Shown piece after piece: positions 9,801 to 19,600 of a DNA stretch of 64,000 nucleotides; within the stretch, counting starts at the first letter, position 1; each line of letters starts with the position of its first letter. Below the pieces are notes generated by a model. The model was not told the origin of the DNA and ran no database searches. It saw only the letters and a list, made by a program, of their open reading frames with translations. Both the position numbers and the translations under genes were made by a program. The stretch is from assembly GCA_964351525.1 (NCBI GenBank), contig CAYGOD010000002.1, forward strand, positions 489,135 to 553,134. Reading direction: 5' to 3'. The DNA comes from an uncultured Bdellovibrionales bacterium. GTDB lineage: Bacteria; Pseudomonadota; Alphaproteobacteria; Micavibrionales; GCA-2720935.

Positions 9801-10402
9801 AAAACAAAGCCTATGCGGCGCGTTATGAGGCCTTAGTTAAAGCGGTTAAGGACAAAGATATCAATAAAGACAAACTTTTAACAAAAGCGGTAGCGCAATA
9901 TTTATACAAGGTCATGGCCTATAAAGATGAGTATGAGGTTGCACGTCTTTACGCCCAAACGGATTTTAAGGCTCAGATCAAAGCACAGTTTGAAAAGGGC
10001 TATAAAGTTAAATTCCATTTAGCACCGCCTCTGATAGCTAAGCGCGATAAAGATACGGGGGAATTAAAGAAAATGGAATTGGGCTCTTACATGTTCCCCT
10101 TATTCTCATTGATGGCAAAATTAAAAGGGTTGCGTGGTACGCCGTTTGATATCTTTGGCTATACATCAGAGCGTAAGATGGAGCGTCAGCTGATCACCGA
10201 TTATCAAGAAATGATTACGCATATTCTTAATAACTTGAACAAAGATAATTATGATTTGGCTGTACAGCTTGTTTCAATTCCTGAAGATATTCGTGGTTTT
10301 GGTCACGTCAAAGAACGTCATTTTGAAGCGGCGATGGAGAAACAAGCCGATTTATTGGCACAATTTAATGGCAATACAAAAACAGTAATCAAGGCGGCTT
10401 AA
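6863..10402 (+). CDS. indolepyruvate ferredoxin oxidoreductase family protein (fused alpha/beta)
   Basis: 1179 aa. N-terminal TPP/PFOR-type region, Cys clusters CEGCGDCGKKSNC...CNKDYSCVDGFCPSF, and a C-terminal IorB-like GIGGTGVVT domain. Length and domain order are typical of the fused family. Confidence 0.9.
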   Translation: MGMALKDVTLDDKYRFDKERVYLNGIQALVRLPLMQRFQDQAHGLKTAGFISGYRGSPLGGYDLYLSQAQKFLKEQDIHFQPGLNEDIALTTVWGSQQVALRPQNMTHDGVFGIWYGKGPGVDRSLDALKHANAAGTHANGGVLLLAGDDHSCKSSTFPHQSEQALIHCFVPMLNPSSIQDILDMGLFGIAMSRYSGLWVGFKCLGDTMDSSASVYARHEKIDFKIPTDFEMPEGGLSIRWPDTGVAQEARLLNYKLPAAKAFARANNIDKVTYESKKPSLGIVTTGKAYNDVMQALRVMDMEWEDVERLGISIYKVGMVWPLEDQGLKEFAKDKQALFVVEEKRGLIEDQAKSALYGMKNAPEIVGKKTQDGSVLLPDYYEITPYMIAEGIMGLLKRLKVSKKQDLSVFEKSMKALSASEDRLTENSPIARTPYYCSGCPHNTSTKVPEGSRAMAGIGCHYMATWIDNNTSTFTQMGGEGTPWIGQSPFLNEDHIFANLGDGTYQHSGLMAIRAACAASYDGKKTGQDFNITYKVLYNDAVAMTGGQDVEGQLSVDQISRQVAAEGVTKIVVVSDDIEKYAIKLDGVAWNFADTTEFYHRSDLMRVQKMLRDTKGVSVMIYDQTCAAEKRRRRKRGKMYDPIKRVMINEQVCEGCGDCGKKSNCVSILPVETEYGRKRQIDQSSCNKDYSCVDGFCPSFVTIEGTDLKKPKPSADQSIDAKLSDLPEPKKHDLKKGNWSILLTGIGGTGVVTIGALLAMAAHLEGKGGQTMDQIGLAQKGGAVMTHIRFGEKPENIFTAKIGVGQADVIMGSDMVVTSGGAVLSTLKKQKTVCILNSNVMPTGDFTKMPDLQIPDQLMLDIIKDAVGEEFVHTLPITHLATALLGNSIATNIFLVGYAYQKGLIPLEFSSIMRAIELNGVAVEMNKRAFAWGRLAAEELETVMIAAKPKQDVKLATYREKSATVEDKVTRRVAMLTDYQNKAYAARYEALVKAVKDKDINKDKLLTKAVAQYLYKVMAYKDEYEVARLYAQTDFKAQIKAQFEKGYKVKFHLAPPLIAKRDKDTGELKKMELGSYMFPLFSLMAKLKGLRGTPFDIFGYTSERKMERQLITDYQEMITHILNNLNKDNYDLAVQLVSIPEDIRGFGHVKERHFEAAMEKQADLLAQFNGNTKTVIKAA

Positions 10403-10405
10403 TTA

Positions 10406-12463
10406 TTAAGGCGCTTTTGGCTTTTGTTTTGCTGTGTGCGCTAACTTAGCTGTTTTTTTTAAAGGCGCGGTTTGACCTTTTAGCCATTTAGCAACATCTT
10501 GTGGCAGATTTTGTGCGACCGTTTTATAAACGCGGTCATGATAATCGTTGATCCACGCGATCTCTGCATCATTTAACAATGACACATCAATCAAGCGACG
10601 ATCCATCGGTGCTAAAGTTAGGTCACGGAAGCAAAGATTCTTATCATCATCTGTGTCTTGTTCAATCAAAACCAAATTCTCTATACGAATACCATAGTGA
10701 CCTTCTTGGTAATAACCTGGTTCGTTTGAAACAATCATGCCAGCATTATAACCCTCTTTCCAATAAGGGGTAATGCCTTGGGGGCCTTCATGGACGCCTA
10801 AATAAATACCAACACCATGACCTGTCCCGTGGCCATAATCTAAACCAACAGATTTCAAAGATGCACGTGCCGCATTATCGATTTCTTTGCCCGTAGTTTG
10901 TGGTGTAATGGTGAATTGTGAAACGGCGATATGGCCTTTTAACACATGGGTAAAATTCGTAACGGCATCGGGCATAATCGCACCAGGATTACCAATGGCA
11001 ATCGTGCGGGTTACGTCCGTGGTACCATGTAAATATTGCCCGCCACTGTCGCATAAAAAGACACTGTCTTTTTCTAATGTTTTATTTGTGTCTTTGGTTG
11101 CGCGGTAATGAACGATCGCACCATTTGATCCAGCCCCTGAAATTGTGTCAAAGCTAGGGCCTTTATAATCGGGATGTTCTTGGCGAAAATTCTCTAAGGC
11201 GACAACGGCATCTAATTCTGTTTTTGATCCATCTTGTGCCTGTGTATCAAGCCAATGTAGGAATTTACACAAGGCAATTGCATCAATTTCATGTGCCTTG
11301 ATCATGGCTTTTTGTTCTGACGGTGTTTTAATCGCCTTTGGCAAATGACACGGGTTCTTCTTTTTAATAAGCGTGTTTAATGATTTTAATAACAGATCTT
11401 CAATTCCTACCGTGCCTTCATTGGGGTCAATCTGAACTACTTTATTATTAAGTGCTGATAGGTCCGTATAGAAATCATCATAATCCTTAACCATGACATC
11501 ATTATTCACAAAATATGTCTTGAGGGTGTCTGTTAGTTTTGCTTTATCGATATAAAGCGTCGTCGCACCATTTTTATCAAGGGTTAAATAGCTTAAGGTC
11601 ACGGGTGTGCACGCAATGTCGCGCCCTCGAATGTTTAAAAACCACGCAATGGATGTCAGGTCATTAACGATCAAGCGATCCGCATCGTTTTTTGCAATTT
11701 CGGCTAAGATGTCTGTACGTTTTGCGTCAATATCACGTCCCGCAAGGGCAAGGGGGTATTCAATGACGGGACTTAAGGGTATTGGTGCGCGTTTATGTTT
11801 TCCTGTTTCCTTATCCCATGCGCGCTCTAGTGGTGATGTATTATTGGTGATAACCAATGTTGCACCAACATCACCACAGGCCTCTTTTAATAAAGCCGCC
11901 AAATTCATTGATGCGATTTGACCATCAACACCGACTTTTGCGCCTTTTTTCACATGTGTGATGATCCATTTTTTTAAAGCATCACGGCTATAATCTTCAT
12001 AGGCAAAGAGATCATCTGGGCATTCTGCTTTGACTTGTAATGTATAACGACTATCACTAAAAATTGCGGATTTGCCGTCTTTGTTGATCATGGCCGCACC
12101 CGCAGAGCCGGTAAATCCTGTCGCGTAAGATAAGCGTTCGTGACGCGCTGGTACGTATTCATTATTAAATTCATCACGTCGCAGAACAATAAAATGATCT
12201 AAATCATCATGTGTCATCTCACTCTTGATTGCGTCCATTCGCGGTGCAGGATTTTTATAGTCTATCTCTGGTGATTGTAAAGAGGCGCGATATTGACGTA
12301 ACTGTTCTTTTTCCGGATCGCTTAGCGTCGCAGATTTCAGAAGGTCGAGCCAGCCATCATCTTTAAAAAAAGGATCAGCCGCATTGACGCCATTAATAAT
12401 CGCATCGAGGTCAGAGATTGATAATGTTATGCCCATCTCCGTTAAATTATTTTCTGTCAGCAT
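10406..12463 (-). CDS. aminopeptidase P family (Xaa-Pro aminopeptidase, M24B)
   Basis: 685 aa. Pita-bread motifs HGTGHGVG, SNEPGYY and GIRIENL. N-terminal creatinase-like region GFTGSAG...DSRYTLQ. Extra basic C-terminal tail. Confidence 0.85.
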   Translation of the reverse strand: MLTENNLTEMGITLSISDLDAIINGVNAADPFFKDDGWLDLLKSATLSDPEKEQLRQYRASLQSPEIDYKNPAPRMDAIKSEMTHDDLDHFIVLRRDEFNNEYVPARHERLSYATGFTGSAGAAMINKDGKSAIFSDSRYTLQVKAECPDDLFAYEDYSRDALKKWIITHVKKGAKVGVDGQIASMNLAALLKEACGDVGATLVITNNTSPLERAWDKETGKHKRAPIPLSPVIEYPLALAGRDIDAKRTDILAEIAKNDADRLIVNDLTSIAWFLNIRGRDIACTPVTLSYLTLDKNGATTLYIDKAKLTDTLKTYFVNNDVMVKDYDDFYTDLSALNNKVVQIDPNEGTVGIEDLLLKSLNTLIKKKNPCHLPKAIKTPSEQKAMIKAHEIDAIALCKFLHWLDTQAQDGSKTELDAVVALENFRQEHPDYKGPSFDTISGAGSNGAIVHYRATKDTNKTLEKDSVFLCDSGGQYLHGTTDVTRTIAIGNPGAIMPDAVTNFTHVLKGHIAVSQFTITPQTTGKEIDNAARASLKSVGLDYGHGTGHGVGIYLGVHEGPQGITPYWKEGYNAGMIVSNEPGYYQEGHYGIRIENLVLIEQDTDDDKNLCFRDLTLAPMDRRLIDVSLLNDAEIAWINDYHDRVYKTVAQNLPQDVAKWLKGQTAPLKKTAKLAHTAKQKPKAP

Positions 12464-12476
12464 CTTTTATTCTCCT

Positions 12477-13691
12477 CTATTCCTCTATCGTAACTGTTTT
12501 AGGTAGTAAAATCCATCCTTGTACGGACGACTTCATCGCACCCGCATAGGTCTCTGCAACATCGCCATAGCCCCAAAACACATCGCCGCGTATTGGGCCG
12601 CGAATGGCGCCGCCCGTATCTTGTGTGACGTATAGACGCGCCATTTTAACATCTTCTTTTGTCGGGTGATCGAAGACGGCGTAATAGGGAGCATGATAAG
12701 GGATCTTCGTATAATCAATTGCCAATGAACGCGTCGGCGTTAATTCCAAGCCAGAACCACCAACGGGACCGTCGCCCTTGAGTTGCCTAAAGAAAACATA
12801 GGAGGGGTTCTTATTTTTGAGAGCATCAGCCTTGTCAGGGTTTCCTTTTAACCATGTACGAATAGATTGCAGGGAGACCGTTTCTTTGGTTAATTCACCC
12901 ATCTCAATCAAATCACGCCCAATCGCACGATAAACATGACCATTCTGTCCGTCATAACCAACACGCATGGTTGAGCCATCATTCATGACAATACGACCAG
13001 AGCCTTGAATTTGTAGAAAGAATGCTTCAATTGGATCGTCGACATAGACTAATTCTAGTTCTTGACCATCAAGTGCACCATTCACAATATTTGCGCGATC
13101 TTCAAACGGAGTTAGGCGTCCCGACGCAACGCGTCCAGCAATACGCTCACCTTTTAAGCTGTCCCGAAAGTCGCCTAAATCGACCATAACCAAATCACCG
13201 GGGCGTTTATGAAGGGGGGTTTGATACGCTCCTGTTTTTGTCGCAGATCCCTTTAGCGATGCCTCATAATATCCTGTAAAGAGGCCTGTATTTTTTGAGG
13301 ATGATCCCGTTTGAGCAATTAACTGATAGGGTGTGAAAAAGGTCTCAAAGTACAGGCGTAATGAATCATTATCGTTTTTGTTAATTTCTTTTAACATCTC
13401 ACAGGCTGGCTGCCAATCAGCAACGGTGCCACCGTAATTGCCTTTAAATCTTTTATTGCCAAAGCTACTATTTTTATCACGACGTAATGTCACACCACAT
13501 GATTTTTGAAATGTCTCATAGACAGATTTCAAATCGTGATTTTGCCAATTTGTGAGTTGTGAAAATGATGCTTTTTCTAACCGCAATGTTGCATCGCTAT
13601 CGTCTTTTGGTGTAACCGAACATCCATGAATAATTATTAATAAAGAGGTTACTACCAAAAATGATAATATATTTTTGTATGATAAGGTCAT
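12477..13691 (-). CDS. mltA: murein transglycosylase A (lipoprotein)
   Basis: MltA motifs (YVDDPIEAFFLQIQGSG, NPSYVFF, SLAIDYT, DTGGAIRGPIRGDVFWG). I start it at M29 of the tracked ORF (ATG 13691), which yields a lipoprotein signal ...LLIIIHGC. The upstream extension would collide with the Tim44-like gene. Confidence 0.85.
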   Translation of the reverse strand: MTLSYKNILSFLVVTSLLIIIHGCSVTPKDDSDATLRLEKASFSQLTNWQNHDLKSVYETFQKSCGVTLRRDKNSSFGNKRFKGNYGGTVADWQPACEMLKEINKNDNDSLRLYFETFFTPYQLIAQTGSSSKNTGLFTGYYEASLKGSATKTGAYQTPLHKRPGDLVMVDLGDFRDSLKGERIAGRVASGRLTPFEDRANIVNGALDGQELELVYVDDPIEAFFLQIQGSGRIVMNDGSTMRVGYDGQNGHVYRAIGRDLIEMGELTKETVSLQSIRTWLKGNPDKADALKNKNPSYVFFRQLKGDGPVGGSGLELTPTRSLAIDYTKIPYHAPYYAVFDHPTKEDVKMARLYVTQDTGGAIRGPIRGDVFWGYGDVAETYAGAMKSSVQGWILLPKTVTIEE

Positions 13692-13705
13692 GGTTGTATC
13701 CGTTA

Positions 13706-14389
13706 TTATTGCGTGCGTGTAGCGGTTAAAATCCAGTTTGGATCTTGTGTGTCTAGGTCTTTTGTAAATGTCCAAATATCGGTGATTTCATGAATTTGAT
13801 CTGGGTCGCCCATCAAGATTTCACCGTCTGTATTTTTCATGACTTTGACTTCTTCTGCGGTAAAGGAAACTGTAACAGAGGCTTTGTTGGCAAAGACACC
13901 AGCCTCTGTTATCTCTGCCTTTTTAACATTTATGATATCAGTATGTAATATATGGCCTTTCTCGGCGCGGTCATCAATAACGCTTTCAAAGCTATCCATT
14001 AACTCACCGCTTAAAAGAGGTTCTAATGTTTCTTTGTCGCCCTTGGCAAAGGCTTCGACGATCAGCTCAAATGCATATTTAGCACCATTGATAAAGTCGT
14101 GCGGGGTAAAGCCACGGTCTTTTAGAGATATTTTAGTTAATGTCGCATCAATATTCTTATTCCCCGTTGATTGAATGAAATCTTTGGGGGTCATTGGGCT
14201 GTCATCTTTTAGGTGGGCATCATCTTTTGATTTAGATGCGGTCGATTTTTTATCGTCTTTTTTAATATCAAAGATTGTTTTACGTTCGCGTTCTTCGCCA
14301 TGTTTTGTGCCTAAAATACCCTTATAGCGGAAATAAAGGAACAGGGCGATACCACCAAAGATAAGCAGGTCAAGAAGCAGGAAGTTCAT
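13706..14389 (-). CDS. Tim44-like domain protein (membrane anchored)
   Basis: Start taken at MNFLLLDLLIFGGIALFLYF (a TM anchor). The C-terminal domain ...FINGAKYAFELIVEAFAKGD...WTFTKDL...PNWIL is typical of bacterial Tim44-like proteins. Conserved neighbour of mltA, fxsA and secB. Confidence 0.8.
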   Translation of the reverse strand: MNFLLLDLLIFGGIALFLYFRYKGILGTKHGEERERKTIFDIKKDDKKSTASKSKDDAHLKDDSPMTPKDFIQSTGNKNIDATLTKISLKDRGFTPHDFINGAKYAFELIVEAFAKGDKETLEPLLSGELMDSFESVIDDRAEKGHILHTDIINVKKAEITEAGVFANKASVTVSFTAEEVKVMKNTDGEILMGDPDQIHEITDIWTFTKDLDTQDPNWILTATRTQ

Positions 14390-14554
14390 GGTTTTTCTTT
14401 CTTTTAGAAAATGTGTTGTGACATAAGTGCGCACAAAGGCTTATTTCATATGCTTTTACAGTACTGTTAATCATTTAGATTGGCAAAAAGAAAAATAAAG
14501 ATTATATTCCTGAAAAAGAAGAAACAAAAAATTACGTTATTTAGGTTTTAAGCT

Positions 14555-15094
14555 GTGCGTTTGTTAACAATTACCCCACTAACCGTTTTACTCATCATTG
14601 TATTCATGATGTTTGTTGAGTTATCAATCTTAGGCGCCATGGCCGATCAATTCGGCGGCTTGTTTGTTGCCTTATGGGTTGTGGGAACAATGTGTTTTGG
14701 TGGTTACTTAATTAAAACAAAATTTTGGCAGAGCTTTGTTGGCGGCGGCGTTAGTGAAAAACGCATTCAAAAAGAGAATTTGTCAGCGATTGACCATATT
14801 CAGCGCGCATTTTTATCATTATTTGCAGGCATCTTATTAATTATCCCTGGTCTTGTGACGGATATATTTGGGCTGATTATGGCACTGCCGGTTTTAAGAT
14901 CATATATGATCACGTTTTTAAGTTCTGTTGGCTTGATGGACTATACGCATAAAAGAGTTTATGATGACGATGTATTTTCTGCAAAACAAACGTTTTCGGG
15001 GCAAGCAACACAAGAAAACGATCAGCCTCCAAAAACAACCCCAACAATAGATGGTGATTTTTACGAAGTTCAACAAAAAGGAGATAAAAAATGA
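14555..15094 (+). CDS. fxsA: FxsA family membrane protein
   Basis: 179 aa with a GTG start. Hydrophobic N-terminal half and the PGLVTDIFGL motif characteristic of FxsA. Overlaps the secB start by 4 nt. Confidence 0.8.
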   Translation: MRLLTITPLTVLLIIVFMMFVELSILGAMADQFGGLFVALWVVGTMCFGGYLIKTKFWQSFVGGGVSEKRIQKENLSAIDHIQRAFLSLFAGILLIIPGLVTDIFGLIMALPVLRSYMITFLSSVGLMDYTHKRVYDDDVFSAKQTFSGQATQENDQPPKTTPTIDGDFYEVQQKGDKK

Positions 15095-15600
15095 GCGAGA
15101 AAAAAGAAACAGAGAAAAAAGAAGATAATGCGGGCGAACAAGCCGGTATTCCTATCCAAATTTTATCCCAATATGTGAAGGATTTTTCTTTTGAAAACCC
15201 GAATGCACCGGCGATATTTTCACAAATGAAAACAGCACCAAATGTTGCTGTAAATGTAAATGTAGAAGCCCGCAAAATGGGTGACGATGGGTATGAAGTA
15301 TCTTTGGTTATCAATGGTAATGCGACAAATGAGAAGAGCGAGAAATATTTCGTCGCTGAACTTGTTTATTGTGCCTTGGTTGCCCTAAAGGACGTTCCCG
15401 AAGAAGCGGTCAAGCCAATCTTGCTTATCGAAGTACCACGTATGATTTTCCCGTTTGCCCGTAACATTATGGCAGACATGACACGCGAGGGTGGTTACCC
15501 ACCATTGATGATTAACCCTGTTGATTTTGTATCATTATATAAAAAAGGCATGGAGCAAGCCAATCAAGCCGCTGCATCTGGTCAATCGGGCACTGCGTAA
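15091..15600 (+). CDS. secB: protein-export chaperone SecB
   Basis: 169 aa. ILSQYVKDFSFENPNAP...LLIEVPRMIFPFARNIMADMTREGGYPPLMINPVDF matches SecB. Confidence 0.9.
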   Translation: MSEKKETEKKEDNAGEQAGIPIQILSQYVKDFSFENPNAPAIFSQMKTAPNVAVNVNVEARKMGDDGYEVSLVINGNATNEKSEKYFVAELVYCALVALKDVPEEAVKPILLIEVPRMIFPFARNIMADMTREGGYPPLMINPVDFVSLYKKGMEQANQAAASGQSGTA

Positions 15601-15620
15601 ATAAACACAATAATAAATAA

Positions 15621-15653
15621 AAACCGCTCTTATAATTTAAGGGCGGTTTTTTT
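15621..15653 (+). terminator. rho-independent terminator after secB
   Basis: Stem ACCGCTCT / AGGGCGGT (one G-U pair) with a 9-nt loop, followed by T7 (15647-15653). Sits between convergent secB and dnaQ. Confidence 0.6.
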
Positions 15654-15658
15654 ATGTC

Positions 15659-16354
15659 TTAACTGTTCTTCCAAAGGGGATTTTTAAGTTTTTCTAGCAT
15701 GGCCTTGTGTGCTGTTTGTTCGGCGTCGGATATTTTAAAAATACGAGGTTCGCGTTTTTGTTTCTTTGGTGATAGTTCTAGCGGGTTATGATCGTCACTA
15801 TTTTGCGAGGCGTTTAGCTCTAGTCCTTGTTGGCGACCGCCAATAAGCTCTAAATAAACCTCTGCTAATAACTCAGAATCCAATAATGCGCCGTGATAAG
15901 TACGGCTTGAATTATCAATGTTGAAGCGCTTACATAGGGCATCCAAGCTGGCGGGGGAGCCGGGGAATTTACGCCGTGCCATTGTTAATGTATCAATGAC
16001 CTTGTTGGGCAGGGTCGGAAAGCCACCATGCTTAAGTTGGTAATTCAAAAAATTCATATCAAATTCGGCGTTATGGGCGATCAAAATATCATCGCCAACA
16101 AAGGTACGAAAATCATCAATCACTTGTGAGAAAAGTGGTTTGTCTTTCAGGAAATCTTCCGTAAGGCCGTGGACATTGACGGCTTCAATCGGGACGTCAC
16201 GTTCAGGATTAATATATTGGTGATAGGTGTTGCCCGTTGGCATATGATCGATCAATTCAATACAGCCAATCTCAATTAATTTATGACCATCGGAGGGATC
16301 AAATCCCGTTGTCTCTGTATCGAATATAATTTCTCTTAGCGTTGGTTTTGTCAT
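15659..16354 (-). CDS. dnaQ: DNA polymerase III subunit epsilon (3'-5' proofreading exonuclease)
   Basis: 231 aa. Exo motifs IIFDTETTG, HNAEFDMNFL and HGALLDSELLAEVYLEL. Confidence 0.9.
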   Translation of the reverse strand: MTKPTLREIIFDTETTGFDPSDGHKLIEIGCIELIDHMPTGNTYHQYINPERDVPIEAVNVHGLTEDFLKDKPLFSQVIDDFRTFVGDDILIAHNAEFDMNFLNYQLKHGGFPTLPNKVIDTLTMARRKFPGSPASLDALCKRFNIDNSSRTYHGALLDSELLAEVYLELIGGRQQGLELNASQNSDDHNPLELSPKKQKREPRIFKISDAEQTAHKAMLEKLKNPLWKNS

Positions 16355-16366
16355 GATCTTACTGTC

Positions 16367-16990
16367 TTATATGTTGATGGTGGGGGTGATAGCCATGAAC
16401 TGTGGCATCATCGCTTTAATGCGGGCTTTGGCTTCGTCAATGCCATCTTCCATGGATAGGCTGAAATCAGCGCGTTTTAATTTCTCAGTTGCGGGCATTT
16501 GTTTTTCTAAAATGGCCTCTAACCGTTCAACCGTCATATTTGGGCGCGCTAAGACACGTTTTCGTTGAATGAGATCAGAAGTATAGACAACCAGTACGGC
16601 ATCACAGCGGTCTTCGCCCTTTGTTTCATAAAGCAGAGGGATATCTAATACTACAAGGTCAGATCCTTTGTCTGCTTGTTCCTTGACAAAATCATCGGTT
16701 TTTGCACGTACCAGTGGGTGCAAGATAGCCTCTATTTTTTTCAAAGACACGTCATCATTGAAGACAATCTGCCCTAATTTCTGACGGCTAATATATTTAT
16801 TGCCGTCATCATCGATTTCGGCTGTTGTTGGAAATAGCGTCTCTATTTTTGCAACGGCACCGCCATTAACATCTAATAATGCATGGGTTGCCGCGTCCGC
16901 GTCATGGACGGGAATATCAAATTCACGGAATAGATTGGCGGCGGTGCTTTTGCCCATCCCGACAGATCCTGTTAAGCCCAATATAATCAT
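16367..16990 (-). CDS. coaE: dephospho-CoA kinase
   Basis: 207 aa. P-loop GLTGSVGMGKST and typical CoaE length. Conserved aroE-coaE-dnaQ order. Confidence 0.9.
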   Translation of the reverse strand: MIILGLTGSVGMGKSTAANLFREFDIPVHDADAATHALLDVNGGAVAKIETLFPTTAEIDDDGNKYISRQKLGQIVFNDDVSLKKIEAILHPLVRAKTDDFVKEQADKGSDLVVLDIPLLYETKGEDRCDAVLVVYTSDLIQRKRVLARPNMTVERLEAILEKQMPATEKLKRADFSLSMEDGIDEAKARIKAMMPQFMAITPTINI

Positions 16991-17010
16991 GTGTTTTAGT
17001 TCCTTATTCT

Positions 17011-17841
17011 CTAGAATGTTTTGATTATAGAGGTCTTTAGATCATCGTCAATCGCTGGATATATATTGGTCCAATGCTTGAATGCATGGGCGGCCTGATA
17101 AAGGAGCATATCTAGCCCGTTGATGGTTTGTTGATCTCTGTTTTTTGCTTGTTTTAAAAATGTTGTTTCAAGGGGATTATAAACAAGATCATAAAAAATC
17201 GTTTCTTGTTGCGTGGCTGAAAAATTAAAGGGTAGGTCATCATAGTATTCAAGGTTATTTTTTACCATACCGCACGATGTTGTATTGATAATCATATCAA
17301 TTTTTTGGTCCTTTACAAAAGGTTCAACATCGCCATAGGGTAGGGCGTGAGTTTCGGTGATAGATGTTAAAGAAGCGATTTTTTCAAAGCTACGATTAGT
17401 GACGGTTATCTTTTTGGCACCAATTATTTTTAAGCCATACAGAATGGCTCTGGATGCCCCGCCCGCGCCGATAACCAGAATATTGTCTATGTTTTTAAGA
17501 TGTTTGAGCGGTTCAAGAAAGCCTAGGTAATCGGTATTATCTCCATAGAGTTTTCCCTCTCTTTTATACACGGTATTGACCGCACCAATCGCGGTGGCGG
17601 CGTCACTTAAGATATCAAGATAGGGGATGATTTTTTGTTTGTGTGGGGCTGTTAAATTAAAACCATCATAGTGATTGATTGCTGTTCTTATTTCATTATC
17701 AAACTTTTCTGGCTGAATATCATACAGCCCATAATCGCCGTTAATGTCATTATCGCATAGCCAGTGATTATGAATCATCGGCGAGCGTGATTGCTCCACG
17801 GGGTGACCTACAAGGCATAGCTTAAGGGGTGATTGTTTCAT
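17011..17841 (-). CDS. aroE: shikimate dehydrogenase
   Basis: 276 aa. GHPVEQSRSPMIHN, NLTAPHK, GAVNT and GAGGASRA motifs. Confidence 0.9.
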   Translation of the reverse strand: MKQSPLKLCLVGHPVEQSRSPMIHNHWLCDNDINGDYGLYDIQPEKFDNEIRTAINHYDGFNLTAPHKQKIIPYLDILSDAATAIGAVNTVYKREGKLYGDNTDYLGFLEPLKHLKNIDNILVIGAGGASRAILYGLKIIGAKKITVTNRSFEKIASLTSITETHALPYGDVEPFVKDQKIDMIINTTSCGMVKNNLEYYDDLPFNFSATQQETIFYDLVYNPLETTFLKQAKNRDQQTINGLDMLLYQAAHAFKHWTNIYPAIDDDLKTSIIKTF

Positions 17842-17843
17842 GA

Positions 17844-18650
17844 TTATTCTTTATTCATTATCTTTAAAATTTCTGCGGATGTTTCCTCCACTGACCGTCT
17901 GGTGACATCAATAACGGGCCATTTCATTTTGCTGTAAAAGCGACGGGCATATTTCACCTCTTCTTCAACTTTATCCAAATTGATATAGTCTGTTTCATTG
18001 CGCTCTTTTAATTCCGTTAAGCGGGAACTCCGAATATCAACTAATCTTTTGGGGCTGGTGGTTAAGGCAATAACAAAGGGCGCTTTTAAATTTGTTAAGT
18101 GACCTTCATCTGTAACGCCTGGAATAAATGGAATGTTGGCCGCCTTTACGCCCCGATTACTGAGGTAAATACAGGTCGGAGTTTTTGATGTTCTAGAAAC
18201 ACCAACGATAACCACATCTGCATCTTCGATATGTTGTCCCAGCTGCCCATCATCATTTTGCATGGCGTAATCCATGGCATCAATGCGATCAAAATAATCA
18301 TCGGTTAATTGATGTTGCAAGCCGGGGGTTGATAGGCTTGGTTGACCAAGGAAGCTAGAGAGGCTTTTTAAAACAGGCTCTAATACAGGAATAGCGGGGA
18401 TGTCATGGCGACGGCAAAAGCGTTTTAAGGTGCGACGCAAATCTTCGTCAACAATTGTAAAAAAAACAATGCCTTTTTTATCAAGAATACCGGCGCATGT
18501 GCTCTCCATGCGTTTATTGTTACGGATCATATGCCAGAAATGCTCGATTGGTTCGATGTCCTGGAACTGTGATATACAGGCTCTGGCAACATTGTGTAAC
18601 GTTCCGCCCGTTGAGTCCGAAACAAGATGTAAATGGAAGGTTTTTTTCAT
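17844..18650 (-). CDS. pyruvate,phosphate dikinase / PEP synthase regulatory protein (kinase/pyrophosphorylase, DUF299)
   Basis: Start taken at MKKTFHLHLVSDSTGGT. P-loop GVSRTSKTPT. Family-typical length (268 aa). Confidence 0.85.
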   Translation of the reverse strand: MKKTFHLHLVSDSTGGTLHNVARACISQFQDIEPIEHFWHMIRNNKRMESTCAGILDKKGIVFFTIVDEDLRRTLKRFCRRHDIPAIPVLEPVLKSLSSFLGQPSLSTPGLQHQLTDDYFDRIDAMDYAMQNDDGQLGQHIEDADVVIVGVSRTSKTPTCIYLSNRGVKAANIPFIPGVTDEGHLTNLKAPFVIALTTSPKRLVDIRSSRLTELKERNETDYINLDKVEEEVKYARRFYSKMKWPVIDVTRRSVEETSAEILKIMNKE

Positions 18651-18800
18651 GAAACAAAAATAGCACATTTTGTAATAAAGATAACAGAATAAATAGGTTA
18701 AAGGTTATTCTACACTTGTGTTTTTATTAACTATTCTGTAAGCAGATATATATATTATTAAAATGGGTTATAATTTTTATTATTTTAGGGCAACATACTG

Positions 18801-19598
18801 ATGAAAAAACTATTCGCAAAACTCTTTCTAATCGCACTACTGGCTATGCCGCTGGGTTCCTGTTCTAGTGCCTCTTCGGTGAATAATGACTTATCGTCAT
18901 ATGATCAGGTTAATGACCCATTAGAAACAATTAACCGTGCTATCTTCTCTTTCAATGGCGTCGTTGATAAAATTGCATTCCGTCCTGTTGCTCAAGGCTA
19001 TCGTAAAGTACTGCCTGAGTTCGCGCGTGACGGTATTCAGAACTTCTTTAGAAACCTTTTATCACCGACAGATCTTGCGAATCAAATCTTGCAAGGCGAT
19101 ATCGATGGCGCGGCAACAACAACCGCACGTTTCTTAATGAACTCAACGGTTGGTATTGCTGGTTTTATTGATGCTGCTGATAAAGCGGGTATTCCTTATG
19201 AGGGTGAAGATTTCGGTCAGACATTGGCTGTGTGGGGCGTGCCAAGCGGACCTTATATCGTCCTCCCCTTGATGGGGCCCTCAACAGTACGTGATTTTGC
19301 TGGTATGGCGGCTGATTTTGTAACAAATCCGGTTTACTGGAATGCAGAAGGAACAGGCGTTGATGATCGTTTGATCGGTCAAAATATTACAACAGCCATT
19401 GATCAACGTGCACGTTTGATTGATCCTTTGGATGACTTAAGAGCCAATTCTCTTGATTACTATGCGGCAATCCGCAGCGTTTATACACAATTTAGAAATG
19501 CACAAATTGATGATGTTCAAGAAGGTGCGGTTATGGGCTCAAGAACAGCAAGCCTGAACGATTATGATGATTATGCGTTCATGGAAAATGGTGAATAA
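18801..19598 (+). CDS. mlaA: MlaA/VacJ family outer-membrane lipoprotein
   Basis: 265 aa. Lipobox LGSC. DPLETINRAIFSFN...GIQNFFRNLLSPTDLANQILQG is typical of VacJ/MlaA. Confidence 0.85.
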   Translation: MKKLFAKLFLIALLAMPLGSCSSASSVNNDLSSYDQVNDPLETINRAIFSFNGVVDKIAFRPVAQGYRKVLPEFARDGIQNFFRNLLSPTDLANQILQGDIDGAATTTARFLMNSTVGIAGFIDAADKAGIPYEGEDFGQTLAVWGVPSGPYIVLPLMGPSTVRDFAGMAADFVTNPVYWNAEGTGVDDRLIGQNITTAIDQRARLIDPLDDLRANSLDYYAAIRSVYTQFRNAQIDDVQEGAVMGSRTASLNDYDDYAFMENGE

Positions 19599-19600
19599 TA

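Noticed and set aside
18651-18800. Possible proximity to the chromosomal origin. The PSRP-(maf)-aroE-coaE-dnaQ / secB block lies next to oriC in several alphaproteobacteria as I recall, and maf is absent here.
   Set aside because: I read the 150-bp PSRP/mlaA spacer and the other gaps of the block and found no cluster of DnaA boxes (TTATCCACA-like). The nearest string, TTATTCTACAC, has too many mismatches. No hemE or dnaA gene is in the window. The missing maf may simply sit elsewhere.
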